DNA from: Octopus sinensis | Lineage: Eukaryota | Length of the DNA: 64,000 bases | Direction: 5' to 3' | Assembly (NCBI RefSeq): GCF_006345805.1 | Contig: NC_043012.1 | Span: forward strand, 51,336,001-51,400,000 | In this document: one piece after another, positions 1 to 12,370 of the stretch | Layout of the letters: the number at the start of each line of letters is the position of its first letter | Numbering within the stretch: position 1 is the stretch's first letter | Made by a program: the position numbers and the translations under genes | The notes under the pieces: generated by a model | What the model saw: the letters and a program-made list of their open reading frames with translations, nothing else | Databases searched by the model: none | What the model was told of the DNA's origin: nothing

Positions 1-192
1 ATTCTTCTGAAATAAGCCAGAAACCATGGTCCGTGAATTGAATTAGATGGTAACTGTTATTTTTCATTCCCTTCGAGAATTTATCCCTAATTAATGCCTT
101 GAAATTTAACTGTTCTTTCTAGCTCAAGCATTTCTATGATGGCAGCCTCTTAATATGTTTTAATGTACACGATATTGTGTATATATATATAT

Positions 193-269
<77 letters not shown>

Positions 270-324
270 TATATCCACACATATTATAAATATATACACA
301 TGTGTGGGGGTGTAGATATAAGCG

Positions 325-445
325 AGTCTGCGCGGTTCAGTGTTCAGTACCACTGCATGGAACTTTGCGCTAGTGTCTTCTACTCTATCCTCGGACTTGC
401 GAGTGGATTTGATTGACAGAAACTGAAAGAAACCCGACGTATACG
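325..445 (+). mobile_element. Degenerate head of tRNA-derived SINE family A
   Basis: ggttcagt..ccactgc..tagtgtcttctact..gagtggatttg..gaaactgaaagaaacccgacgtata matches the better-preserved copy at 21651-21800. Confidence 0.7.
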
Positions 446-464
446 CACCCACGCGAGCGCTAAG

Positions 465-505
<41 letters not shown>

Positions 506-591
506 TATGTATATATTTGTGTGTGTGTGCGTGTGCGTAAATATATATATATTTTTCTCTCCTTCTTTCTGTGTTTTTCTCTCTCTGTGTA

Positions 592-629
592 TCTTTCTGT
601 TGAAGAGCGTAGGCTCGAAACGTTAAAGA
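592..629 (+). ncRNA. Minimal type I hammerhead-ribozyme-like motif (core variant, probably inactive) in a PLE-like repeat
   Basis: Stem I TCTTT(592-596)/AAAGA(625-629); core CTGTTGA plus extra A; stem II GAGC-gtag-GCTC; GAAAC; palindromic AACGTT as stem III; GUU triplet. Position 6 is U instead of the invariant A. Confidence 0.6.
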
Positions 630-726
630 CTTGTTTTAGTTATATTTCCTGAGCGCCATACTAATACAATTGTTCGTTTGTCTTCCACCTGCCTTCGTCT
701 TTTGTTTATTTTCATAAAGCTTCCCG

Positions 727-779
<53 letters not shown>

Positions 780-1531
780 CATACATATATTCATGACACG
801 ACGGGTTTTGACACCGTTTTCCTCTACCGATTTCGCGCTCAAATCATTGTTTGGGCTGACGATATTTGCTCAATCTACCGCGTACTCGGATTGGACCGGA
901 AAAAAATGTGGTTGTCAAACGAGCACATTCCTCCTCCTAGTTATCATTTATTTCTTATGAGCAATATTCTTTCTATACTTAGTAAAAGAATATATCTTAA
1001 AAAATCGTAACTGCTTTTCTACTCATGAATGTAATTAATGATATAACAGACATTTTAACCGCTATGATGTGTGTGTGTGTATGTGTGCGTGTGTGCAGCT
1101 GCATTTCACGCTGTTTATAGGCAAGATATTCTAACCATCATCATAATATATTTTAACGCACTATCATAAATGTATAAATTATTCTGACAATTTCTATTTC
1201 ATCATCAGTATTAAATCACTGAAGTTTGCGTCACGGTATAAATATTTGCCACATTCTTGACAATAATATTCTTTATGATTCAGACATTTCTATAACGTCT
1301 AACAATACATCTGTTACAACTTTTGTTTTCTTAAGAATGTCGAAGACATTAAGTTTTGTGTGTTGTCTTAACCAACTCATTTTAAAAGTAAACTTATACC
1401 CACCAGTCATAATCCGTACGTGTATAGACCAAATGTCTTTAAATAATCTTTAAAACGTAACAAAATATTGATTCACTAGGACATAAATAACTAAGATAAA
1501 TTTATAATATATAATAACTATTTATTTCTGT

Positions 1532-1660
1532 ATTACCCACAAGGGGCTAAACACAGAGGGGACAAACAAGGACAGACATAGGTATTAAGTCGATTACATC
1601 GACTCCAGTGCGTAACTGGTACTTGATTTATCGACCCCGAAAGGATGAAAGGCAGATGAA
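1532..1660 (-). mobile_element. 3' half of SINE family B (atcctttcggggtcgataaa core)
   Basis: Reverse complement of the cccctctgtgtttagccccttgtg tail and the gtaccagt..ggggtcgataaa core; the tail is shared with the copy at 43880-44040. Confidence 0.75.
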
Positions 1661-1662
1661 GT

Positions 1663-1957
1663 GAAGGCGCATGGCTCAATGGTGAGAGCGTGGAGCTTAT
1701 GGCCATAATGTTGTGGGACCAGGCTGTGTATTGTGTTCTTGAGCAAGACACTTTATTTCACGTTGCTCCTGTTCACTCAGCTGTAGAAATGAGTTGCGAC
1801 GTCACAGATGCCAAGCTGTATCGGCCATTGCCTTTCCATGGAGAGGGGAGGCTGGTATGCATGGGCGACTGCTGGGTTTCCCATACACAACTTTGCCCAG
1901 AGTTGTGCCTCGGGGGGTAACTTTCTAGGTGCAATCCCATGACCATTCGTGACCGAA
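1663..1957 (+). mobile_element. tRNA-derived SINE (family C)
   Basis: tRNA-like head ggcgcatggctcaatggtgagagcg, then ttgtgttcttgagcaagacactttatttcacgttgctcc, shared with 18188-18430. Confidence 0.75.
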
Positions 1958-2006
1958 GGGGATCTCCGGAGTGATGATAGTAATGATAATAATGATGATG
2001 ATGATA

Positions 2007-2038
<32 letters not shown>

Positions 2039-2070
2039 GATAATAGTAGTAGTAGTAGTAGTAGTAGTAG

Positions 2071-2362
2071 TTCCACTAAAATTTCATATAGGAAGAATTT
2101 AGAGCGTGTGAATAGTAAGGTCGTGCCTAAAATAATTGGTGCACTGGGAACAGTAAGCCAAGATATCGATCAGTGGCTGAGGGAGATTGAAATAAAATGC
2201 CCGGTAGAGCTCCTATAGAAAGCTTGTGTCAAGGATTATCAGTAGCGTCTTAAAAATTTGAAACACTGCTGAAAACTTGTGGATACCTCGGGTCACAAAT
2301 AGGAATCCGCTATTCATATAATCCCTACCAGGAAGAAAACAAAGGACCTGAGACAAACCAAA
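2071..2362 (+). mobile_element. 5'-truncated R4/Dong-like non-LTR retrotransposon 3' end (REL endonuclease C-terminus, pseudogenised)
   Basis: Translates KVVPKIIGALGTVSQDIDQWLREIEIKCPVELL*KAC, typical of the VVPVIVGALG..LQKA end of R4-clade ORFs. Flanked by (AAT/GAT/AGT)n and (AAC/AAT)n. Confidence 0.75.
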
Positions 2363-2431
2363 ACAACAACAACAACAACAAAAATAATAATCATCCTTTC
2401 TCTTCTTGGCACAAGGCCTGGATACTGTCAC

Positions 2432-2503
<72 letters not shown>

Positions 2504-2651
2504 TAAAAATAATAATAATACTAATAATAATAATATTAATAATAATAATGATAATAATAATAATGATGACGATGATGATAATAATGATAATAATGATGAT
2601 GATGATGATGATGATGATGAGATGATGATGATGATAAATGTCATGATGTAG

Positions 2652-3192
2652 TACCAGGCAGTGGCGCTCATGGCTTCTTATCTTAACTGGTTGGAGGTGT
2701 TATCATGCACATTGATTTGTCGTGGTATAAAAGATGGGCTACACCAAATATTCTGCTCAATACCACAGATTTACTTGTCAGTTGTTTGACCTTAACCAGT
2801 TGAATATGTCCCTTAGTGGCTGACGATACGTGCACATCTGATCCCGACCAGAAATAGTGGGGGAGCATCATGGCCATGTGTTGAGAAGAATTCTTTGGGG
2901 TTTGGATAATTTACATTCGGAAACATGGTTGTTTCGTTCAACCTCCTTAAACAATCCTTATCCAGGGACCTTTTGAGTGGGATGGGTTACTCGTCCTGAA
3001 GAAAATTCTAATTGGGCCCCACCTGCAAGGTCATGCGCCGTTCATCTTGATATGAGATCACCATGTCACTCACATAAGGTTGTGATGCATGTGCCTGATG
3101 TGCCTCATTAGACGGGTAGTAATGATGGGTATACTGGGCTTAGTATATTTTATCCCAGTGTCACTTTGATGGCATGCACTGCTCTCTCAAAC
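2652..3192 (+). mobile_element. 540-bp (AAT)n-associated interspersed element, copy 1
   Basis: Aligns end to end with 3286-3829; starts taccaggcagtggc and ends gcactgctctctca before an (AAT)n run. Strand assignment is inferred. Confidence 0.8.
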
Positions 3193-3199
3193 AATAGTA

Positions 3200-3285
<86 letters not shown>

Positions 3286-3829
3286 TACCAGGCAGTGGCT
3301 CTCATGGCTTCTGATCTTAACTGATTGGAAGTGTTATCATGTACATTGTTTTGTCTTGGTATAAAAGATGGGCTACAGCAAATATTCTGCTCAATACCAC
3401 AGATTTGCTTGTCAGTTGTTTGACCTTAACCAGTTGAGCATGTCCCTTAGTGGCTGACGATATGTGCATCTCTGATCACGAGCAGAAGTAGTGGGGGAGC
3501 ATCATAGCCATGTGTTGAGAGGGATTCTTTGGGGTTTGAATAGTTCACCTCTGGAAACATGGGTGGTTCTTTCAACATCCTTAAACAACCCTTATTCAGG
3601 GACCGTTTGAGCAGGATGGGCTACTCAAAATGAAGAAAATTCTAACTGGGCCCCACCTGCAAGGTCATGTGCTGTTTATCTTGATATGAGATCACCATGT
3701 CGCGCACATATGGTTGTGATGCATGTGCCTGGTGTACCTTTATCAGACGGGTAGTCATAATGGGTATATTGGGCTTCGTATATTTTACCCTAGTGTCACT
3801 TTGATGGCATGAACTGCTCTCTCACTCAA
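3286..3829 (+). mobile_element. 540-bp (AAT)n-associated interspersed element, copy 2
   Basis: Direct repeat of 2652-3192 with scattered substitutions, separated by about 90 bp of (AAT)n. Confidence 0.8.
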
Positions 3830-3831
3830 TG

Positions 3832-3928
<97 letters not shown>

Positions 3929-4020
3929 AAGGAGAAGAAGAAGAAGAAGAAGAAGAAGAAGAAGAAAAAGAAGAAGAAGAAGAAATATAATAATGATAAC
4001 AATAATGATGATGATGATAA
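3830..4020. repeat. Compound (AAT)n-(GAA)n-(GAT)n microsatellite
   Basis: Directly visible. Confidence 0.95.
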
Positions 4021-4049
4021 TCTTGAAATAGAAAATATATAGACAATAT

Positions 4050-4595
4050 CAAATCAGCACTTATGCTTGCTGGTACGAATATCATCCGGAGCGTGTCATT
4101 GAAGGTAAAAATGTCACTATCCTCTAAGATTTTCCTAGTCAACTCCGACATATATTTGTAAAGTAATAGATGTAAGTGTCCCCACTAATAATATAAATCT
4201 GTAGAGGATTTGGCGATTTAAATAAATATAATGACCTGGAAATTTAAATACAAAAGATGCGGCATCTTAAAACGAGAATCGCTCTTGTTATTGTGCGTGC
4301 CATATGTATGATCAGAAAGGGGTGTAAGAAATGTCTAGATAACATCTCAGGAGAATTATGACTCAGAGTAATTCAAAAGATTTTGCTGACAAATACTGCC
4401 CATATCTTTTTTAAAAAATTCTATCAATTTAAATCTATGTGACCTAGTGCATGAAGATATTTCACTACTGCCCCTGCCACTTCCTCTCCCCAAGTTTTCA
4501 GTTATACTGTAACATCTCTTATCCTTCACTCGCCCCAGGACGCTGAGTGTATTTCTCGGCGAGTGATTGTAACAAACATATAAATTATGAGCAAA
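4050..4595 (+). mobile_element. R4/Dong-like non-LTR retrotransposon 3' end with REL endonuclease relic
   Basis: Frames give WYEYHPERVIEGKNVTIL*DFP, CKVIDVSVP, KYNDLEI*IQKMRHLKTRIALVIVRAICMIRKG and a RVIQKILLTN segment, then a short 3' UTR and an (AAC)(AAT)n tail. Confidence 0.8.
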
Positions 4596-4650
4596 TAACA
4601 ACAACAACAACAATAATAATAATAACAATAATAATTATAATGATGATGAC

Positions 4651-4692
<42 letters not shown>

Positions 4693-4726
4693 ATGATGAT
4701 GATGATGATGATAATAATAATACTAA

Positions 4727-4766
<40 letters not shown>

Positions 4767-4953
4767 TAATAATAATAATAATAATAACAATAATAATAAT
4801 TCTAAATTTTGGCTGAAGGTCAGAAATTTTAGAGGGGTTTGATAGTTATTGAAAATGTTTGTACACCAAAATATTAAGGCAAATCACATAAAGAGCCTTA
4901 CATACATATATCTTAATGTATTCAACATTCAGACACACACACAGATACATATG

Positions 4954-4985
<32 letters not shown>

Positions 4986-6489
4986 GTGTGTGTGTGTGTG
5001 CGTGCGTGTGTCTGTGTGTCTCTTTCGTTTTTCTCTTGTATGTTGCGTTGTACATCGAGAATATTATCTCGAAGCATTAATGTTACTACGTTTATTTGGC
5101 TTACGACTCATTGAATTGAAAAAAGGGCTTCAGTAGATTTATAGTTAAGGTTGATAAAAACCTGAATTCATTCATCGAATACATATTCAGGTGTGACAAA
5201 TAGAAATAGATTATTGCAAATTAAAGTATACACAAATTCACACTGATACACATAGATATTTACACATACACACATATACAGTCGCATACACGTGTGCTTG
5301 TGTCTATATATTTGTGTTTAGTGTATAATGTTTTGTGTTTGTATATTTTCGTGTCTTTAAATGACTCTATGTGTGCGTAAATGTTACATGCATGACAAGA
5401 ATATAATGTAATCATACGTAGACATATTCCCATATATGTATTTATATAGAGAGAAGGAAGAGGTTTAGAGAGGTGATCGTGAGCATACACATAAATGCTT
5501 ATACATATGTTAAAAGTGAATGATATCAATTAGCGATAAATCTGGTTGCTTTTTTTTCTCTATTCAGTGATTTCTTAAACGACTTCAGGCCATATTACAT
5601 GACAAGAAAACCTTTGAATAGTAAGCAAAACTAAATACAACAAATATATAAATATATAAATATATAAAATAAAATTATACTTGGTCGGCGTTGCGTTCAT
5701 TGCAAGTCAACAACTATCAGAATTGTCCGAATCCAGTTCATTCCAGCGATCAGGCGCTAAAATATTCACCAGCGTTTTGCAAATAAAACTATCAAATCCT
5801 TTCTAATGGAAAAAGATTTTCGCCTTAATGCAATCAGAACTCCTTGATTGAAAAGAAAAGTTACATATAAATAACTAGAGGCCAGTGAAATACAGGCTGT
5901 TTGGTTTAGCCGCTCCTCCAGTCTTTTCTCTATATTGGGTCTTTAGACCATTTCTCAAGGATTAGATGTATTGTATTCTTTAACGTTTTCACATTTTTTT
6001 TTATTTTCTTATTCCCATATTTACTTATTTTATTTGTTTATTTGTATGTCTAATGTTTAATCTCAATTTACTTTTCTCTGTTCAAGTATTCAGCATTTTC
6101 TTTTCGGCTTTATCGCTATTTACTTATTTTCTTTATTTCATTCGTTGATTGTTTGCAGCTTATTACTTTTTTTCTATTATTTTTTTCTCTCTTTTTTTCT
6201 TTTCAATTAACTCCCACCATTATTCGGTATTAACACGTATCTTCTTTCAATAATCTCTCTATATAGGTTTCCATCACAGATTCTCTTGTATAAGCTGTTT
6301 CTTTTACTTTCGGATATTTTCTCATCGAATACACGCACACTCAAATATACACTCACATACAAACCACATGCATACTCAAACACACGCGCACATATAAAAC
6401 CACATATACACATGCTTTTCTTTTACTACTCAGTGTTCTTCAAATATCCATCACCTCGCACGTATCTCTGTGTGTGATCCTCGTTCAAC

Positions 6490-7260
6490 TCATAAGTGAA
6501 CCACAGTTCGATCATGTCACCATTCGGCCGAGTATCCCATCCATGCAGGCATTGGACAGATTAGGAGATAAGGCTCCATCCTGACGGACTCTAGATCTAA
6601 CTGGGAAAAGGTCAGATGTTGAGCCCTGAATCCAAACTGCACAGAATCTTACGGTGCACAAGACCATCATCAGCCCTGTTAATTGAAGAGGTATACAGCG
6701 CAGCTCCAGCATTTTCCAAAGCATACCCCCCTCCACTGATTTAGACGCCTTGCGAAGGGTGACATAAATCGCTAGCAGCTCAGCCTGCGTTCAATTAATA
6801 CAGGAAAAGCCAGGATCCTGTCAGTAGTTGGACACTTAAGCAGAAGCCGATGATTTCACATTCTGCACAGAAGGACCCTTGCAAAGGGGAGGGTAGCAAC
6901 CGTATAACTGTTGCAGTCGCGTGAGTCACATTTAGCTTTCCAGGGAAGGATAATTATGCCCAGCTTCCAGTTAAATACTACAACGCCTCTGAACAACCCA
7001 GTGTAGAGGATGATGAAGGATGCAAGCCTCACCGCTGTAAATACCAGCCCTCTGGAGGATTTTGGTATTAAATAACTTGTTAAATCGGGGGATATTATCA
7101 ACAACGACAAACACAGTGGGAGGTTAGTACATAAATATTGATAGGTGAACATCAGTTTTTCGATGATTGAATTGAAGACCAAGCTGAGATAAGTTTCTCT
7201 ACATTGAGTTCGCAAAATGTTTAAGAGAAACATGTTATGAGTTGGCGCAGCTGAAAAGTC
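6490..7260 (-). mobile_element. RTE-clade LINE reverse transcriptase fragment (decayed)
   Basis: LGIIILPWKAKCDSRDCNSY and LWKMLELRCIP..STSDLFPVRSRVRQDGALSPNLSNACMDGILGRM correspond to the K.KGD..DC.NYR and GVRQG..LAP.LFN..MD RT motifs. Confidence 0.8.
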
Positions 7261-7272
7261 AGGAAATATACA

Positions 7273-7316
<44 letters not shown>

Positions 7317-7479
7317 CATATGTATAAGATAAATCTGTGTCTTTCTGTATGTATTTAGATAGATAAGCAATTAACTAATAATAAAGAAGTGTAAATGATT
7401 GTGCGTGTGTTATTATCATTGGCATAATGACTCATCCAACACACAAAATAATTTGTCACAACACACGAATATATATATA

Positions 7480-7528
<49 letters not shown>

Positions 7529-8749
7529 TATATTATCATGGTGGTACAGCCCAGCCAGCGATCGATTACAGGGCCTTCGGGTCTGGTAACAGAAGCAAAT
7601 TATCCTTCAGTCGCTTTTTAAAAAAGATTTTCTTATAAACACCAAGTAAATATTTAACCCACTTTGTGACCATGTGTTCAGCAAACCACACGTGTGCGTA
7701 TGCTTGTATTTTCGCAGATACTTGTATGAGCGAGTGTACACGCATCATTCAGCTTGCGCGAGGGTGTTTATACATTCAAGATTGTTAACGGTTATTTTTA
7801 ATAATTTTACTCGCTGTATCGTGTGTTCGTTTGTTTTCTGCATCTGTGATTTTATGTTTGATCGTCTACGTAAATGAAGATATGTCCTTCGAATACAAAC
7901 ATATTTCCTTTGAATACGAAGATACATTGCAGAACTCTTATTTTAACGAGTGTTATCTATTTATCACCCGATGAGTCACATCTGCACCACGGGATGCTCC
8001 TGAAACAGTTGTTGATTGTCCAACCCATGAGGGATTGGTTCTAGATGTGTCGAAAGAATTGTGATTAGTAATAAACTCTCGTATATTCCATATTCCGTCT
8101 TTCATTTACCATATGTATGTTTGTATGTATGTATGTATGCATGCATTTATGGATGGATGGATTCATGCATGACTGGATGGATGGATGCATGCATGCATGC
8201 ATATTTATATGATCCATACATATTAAAGACGAGAAAGTCCAGGCCAGTTTGGAGGGACTTTCTACTTCAAAATAATGTGTCTTTCTTAAGTTTAAATTGT
8301 CTTCTTCTGCTGTTCATTGAGGTTGATCTTATTTATTTAAGGCCGTGAATACTATGCAGTTGTAAAGAATAAAACTCAATGAAATTACTAAACCCGTAAC
8401 AACTGAATTACTTGAAAGCAATGAAGAATTCATTGAGAAAACGTGTGACAAATGAGAACCTGTAGAAGGAAATAAAACTGCAAACCTGTATTTTAAATTC
8501 AAAAGTTAAGAGTATAAAATATACGTCTTTAATCTAATTTCTAGTCATTATATGTAAACAATCCCGGTAGTTCTGGAAATGAAATGTCATCTGGATTTCA
8601 TTGGTTTATGCCACTCTACGACCCAAATGTAAAGATCAATATTGACATGATCGTCCTTAGATTAACTGTTAAACACTTATCACGCAGCCATAAATATTAA
8701 AAGCAGCTAAAATGTATATATACTATATAAGGTTAGATTAAGACTAACG

Positions 8750-9610
8750 AGAGCACACCCCAAACAAACCAAAAGTTTGGAATATGGTTTATTCACTAAC
8801 TTTTGCTTGTTTACAATTTTATCGCTTTCAAAGTATTCCCCATATGAAATAATGTATCTGTCTTGGTCCGTGTGCCAGTGTTCGAAGCAGTACTGGAACA
8901 TTTACGAATTGATGCCTTTTAACGCTTCCGTAAATTTCCCTTCACCTCTTCAATATTTGCAAATTCTGCAGCAACGGCATTCGTCCCCAATGATAACTTT
9001 CGAAGAAAGGGTCACATTAACTTCCAACTGTTCTTTCAGTTCACGCAACACGTTCAATCATGACTGCTTTTGATCTTCTCTGTGCAAGTGAAGCACACAT
9101 TTTTTTGCAGCTCTTTTCATTCTCAATACCTCGCTCGAAATTCGTTGGAAGGAGCTCCAGGACACACTAGTCTTATGAACAGGTTTATCACGTTTCATCA
9201 TGGATTTTCATGATATTTCCATTCGTTCGAGTGGTTGATGTTCTTCCTCAACGAGATTCGTTTTCAAACGACAAGTGACCATTTCTAAAGCGTGGAAACC
9301 ACTCTTAAACATGTGTTTTTCCTCATGACAGCGTACTTGTAAGCTGTTTGAAACATGGTAACGCTTTCGGCCGACGTTTTTCCAAACAGAAAACAGAATT
9401 TCACGGAAACACGCTATTCCTTCGTTTCAGCCAACGAAGAGTGAGTGAAGCACTGCCAAACCACATGGCAGTACGACACCACCTAAGAACACCGATGGGC
9501 AGACTAATGACTGAGGGCCGCATCAAGTGGATTCTTGAGGCAGAGGCTTGAACTACAACAAGGATGTTCCACAGAGAGCGTTTCCCGTTACTTTTTGATA
9601 TTCTCTCGCA
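8750..9610 (-). mobile_element. Internally deleted mariner-family DNA transposon relic
   Basis: N-terminus LAETKE*RVSVKFCFLFGKTSAESVTMFQTA and C-terminus FQYCFEHWHTDQDRYIISYGEYFESDK; the catalytic middle is missing. Confidence 0.75.
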
Positions 9611-11264
9611 ATTCTTATATGTAACACTGAATTTAACTCAAATATATCCGACTTACATTATATATTTTTGTTATATTTAGATTAATTTCACATGCTTTAG
9701 TTTAATGTTTTGTAAGTTAAATATTTTTTGCATTATTTTTATTGAAATAAGATTAAAATACATATCCATCTCTCCGGTATGTCCTAGGGTCGATTTGTTC
9801 GTCTAAAACCCTTGAAGGATGTTCTCCAGAATGCCCGAATACAAATGTCAAGAAAAAATAAAATAATGTAAGTATATGCATATGTATGTATTTATGTATG
9901 TATATATATATATATATATATATATACATAGAGATAGAGAGAGAGAAAGAGAGAGAGAGAGATGGATAGATAGAGAATAGATAGATAGATAGATATTTAA
10001 ATATATATATACATATATACATTATATACGAACACATACATAATATATAAATATGTATATTATATATTAATATATATATATATAATATATATATATATAC
10101 ATATACGTACAACAGTGTGTATATGCACACAGCAACTTATAAAAGCTATATATTTTTATGAATAAAGAAAAATACAAAGGACCTCAATCACATGTAGAAG
10201 TGTGAGTGAGTCCATTGTTTTTTCACTATCTTTCCATTGTGTATATATATACGTATTTCTAGGAATGCATTGAAGCAAAGGCAAATGACAATTATAATGA
10301 TGACACATTCGAAATTATGTTGGTGGCACATAATAATATATGTAATTACCTTATCACACAGTTCCACGTTCTATTAATAAACGAACAAATGTTTAGCGTA
10401 GAATGACAATAACAATGATAAACCTTTCTCGCCATTAACACACACACTGTTTGCGCTGCAAAGAAAAAAGAATCTTGTTTTGATTTTACAAAAAACGAAG
10501 TATCATTCTAAACAAAAAATCGTCTTTGTTTATCATTATTTTCTTTCACTATTCCTTATCAGTTGGTCTACAAGTTGTTATACATTTTCATTCAACCACT
10601 TCTTTATTATAATTTCATTATTGTGTTGCATTTTTTATCAGCAACATTTGTGTATTGTACATTTTTTCTATCTTTTTATTTTTTTCCTTCTAAGAGTGAT
10701 AGGGAATACTAATCTGTCAGGGTAATATTATTTTACAAGATCTTGAAAGTTTGTAGCAATGGTTACAATGAGGTAGAGTGAAAAAGATAAACATATATAC
10801 CAAAGAAAAAAAACTGCTTATATCCTGTATCTGATAATTTATAGATAAAGTTTGCCTTCGTTATTTTAGAGAAAAGTATCTATTTCACTACCTTAAAATC
10901 TCATTGACAAGAACTACAGTCGTATCTGGTGTTAAAAGCAGCTTTATATGAATTAAATTCAATTGTCTATTGTTATATTTTTGATGTAAGTTTCACGGTC
11001 AATCAAACAATCAGACTGCGGGCAATAACGTCTTTAGAACTGACCTATTTCTCAAGTGTTTCGAATTCTTTTTTATATATGTACAGCACATTTTACCACG
11101 TTCTCGAATATATAGCAAAAGAAAATGTTTTCAATTCATATCTTTAATTATTAATTAATTATCTAAATATAGTGATATCTCTACAAAAGTGTATTTGCGT
11201 TAACCTGATGAAATATTTCACACTTCTCATTTCAACTAATTTGTATGCTCCCTCTCAATCTTTC

Positions 11265-11313
<49 letters not shown>

Positions 11314-11969
11314 CTGATGGTAGGCGTGGTTGTTTAGTAAGATGGTTTCTTTCGAACAACATGGTTCCATGTTTAGTCCTACGTTACTCCTTGTGTGAGT
11401 GGCTTTTTAAACCAGACGATGTTTTGAAAAGACACCCACATACATTGCATATCTGTTTTGGACCAACAAGAGTTGCAGTTAAGTTCTGATTTTTGTGGAT
11501 CTTAAAATATTATTTACGGCTTCCATTAGATTTGCAGACCTTATGACATACATAGCATTGACAAGTATGTACAGACGGATAAGCTGAGTAGTTCGTTTTT
11601 AATGGGTCCGCAAAGGTGAAAATCATGTTCTGTCACAAATTGTACACACAAAAAGATGGTTGGAATTCATTTTGTCATTGATCGTAGTATTTTTCTTTAA
11701 ATTTCTTTTGAGTTTCGCATGAATCATCGTAGCTCCTTTTGGGTTTCTTTGTGTGAGTGTTTGTGTGTGTGTGTTTTACTCAATGAATTTACATTTAATG
11801 TGTGTCTTTATAAACATAATTATAATTATAAATATGTTTTAGTGCGTGTTAATGTTTGTTTCAGTAAAGTATATATGTATGTATATTGATAGAAGTATCA
11901 ATATACAACTACACTGGAGTAGTTGCGTATTTTCATATTACATTTTTATTTTACTATTCCTTCATTCTT

Positions 11970-12174
11970 CCCCTTGTTTCAGTCATTTGACTGCAGCCAT
12001 ATTGGAGCACTGCCTTAAAGGGTTTTAGCGGGCAAATCGATTCTAGAACTTATTTTTACTGCCTAGTAGTTATCCTATCCGATAAGTTACTGGAACGCTG
12101 GCTCAACGACACTGTTGGTAAAATTGTGTGGGAGGACAAATACAGAAACAATGAAAAATTCACTCGCATGCACA

Positions 12175-12222
<48 letters not shown>

Positions 12223-12370
12223 GCACACACACACATATACGACGTGCTTTATTCACGTTCTCTCTACCAAATCCACTCAAAAGGACTTCTTTAGCCCGAG
12301 GCTGCAGCAGAAGACTTTGTGGGACTGAAACCCGAATCATGTGGTTGGAAAACAAGCTTTATACAGCCAC
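11970..12370 (-). mobile_element. SINE family A, diverged near-full copy
   Basis: ttgtttcagtcatttgactgcagccat..(CA)n..ctaccaaatccactca..catgtggttgg, collinear with 18504-18939. Confidence 0.8.

Noticed and set aside
3822-4151. Minus ORF MSELTRKILEDSDIFTFNDTLRM as a host exon
   Set aside because: It is the antisense of the R4/Dong-like relic on the plus strand.
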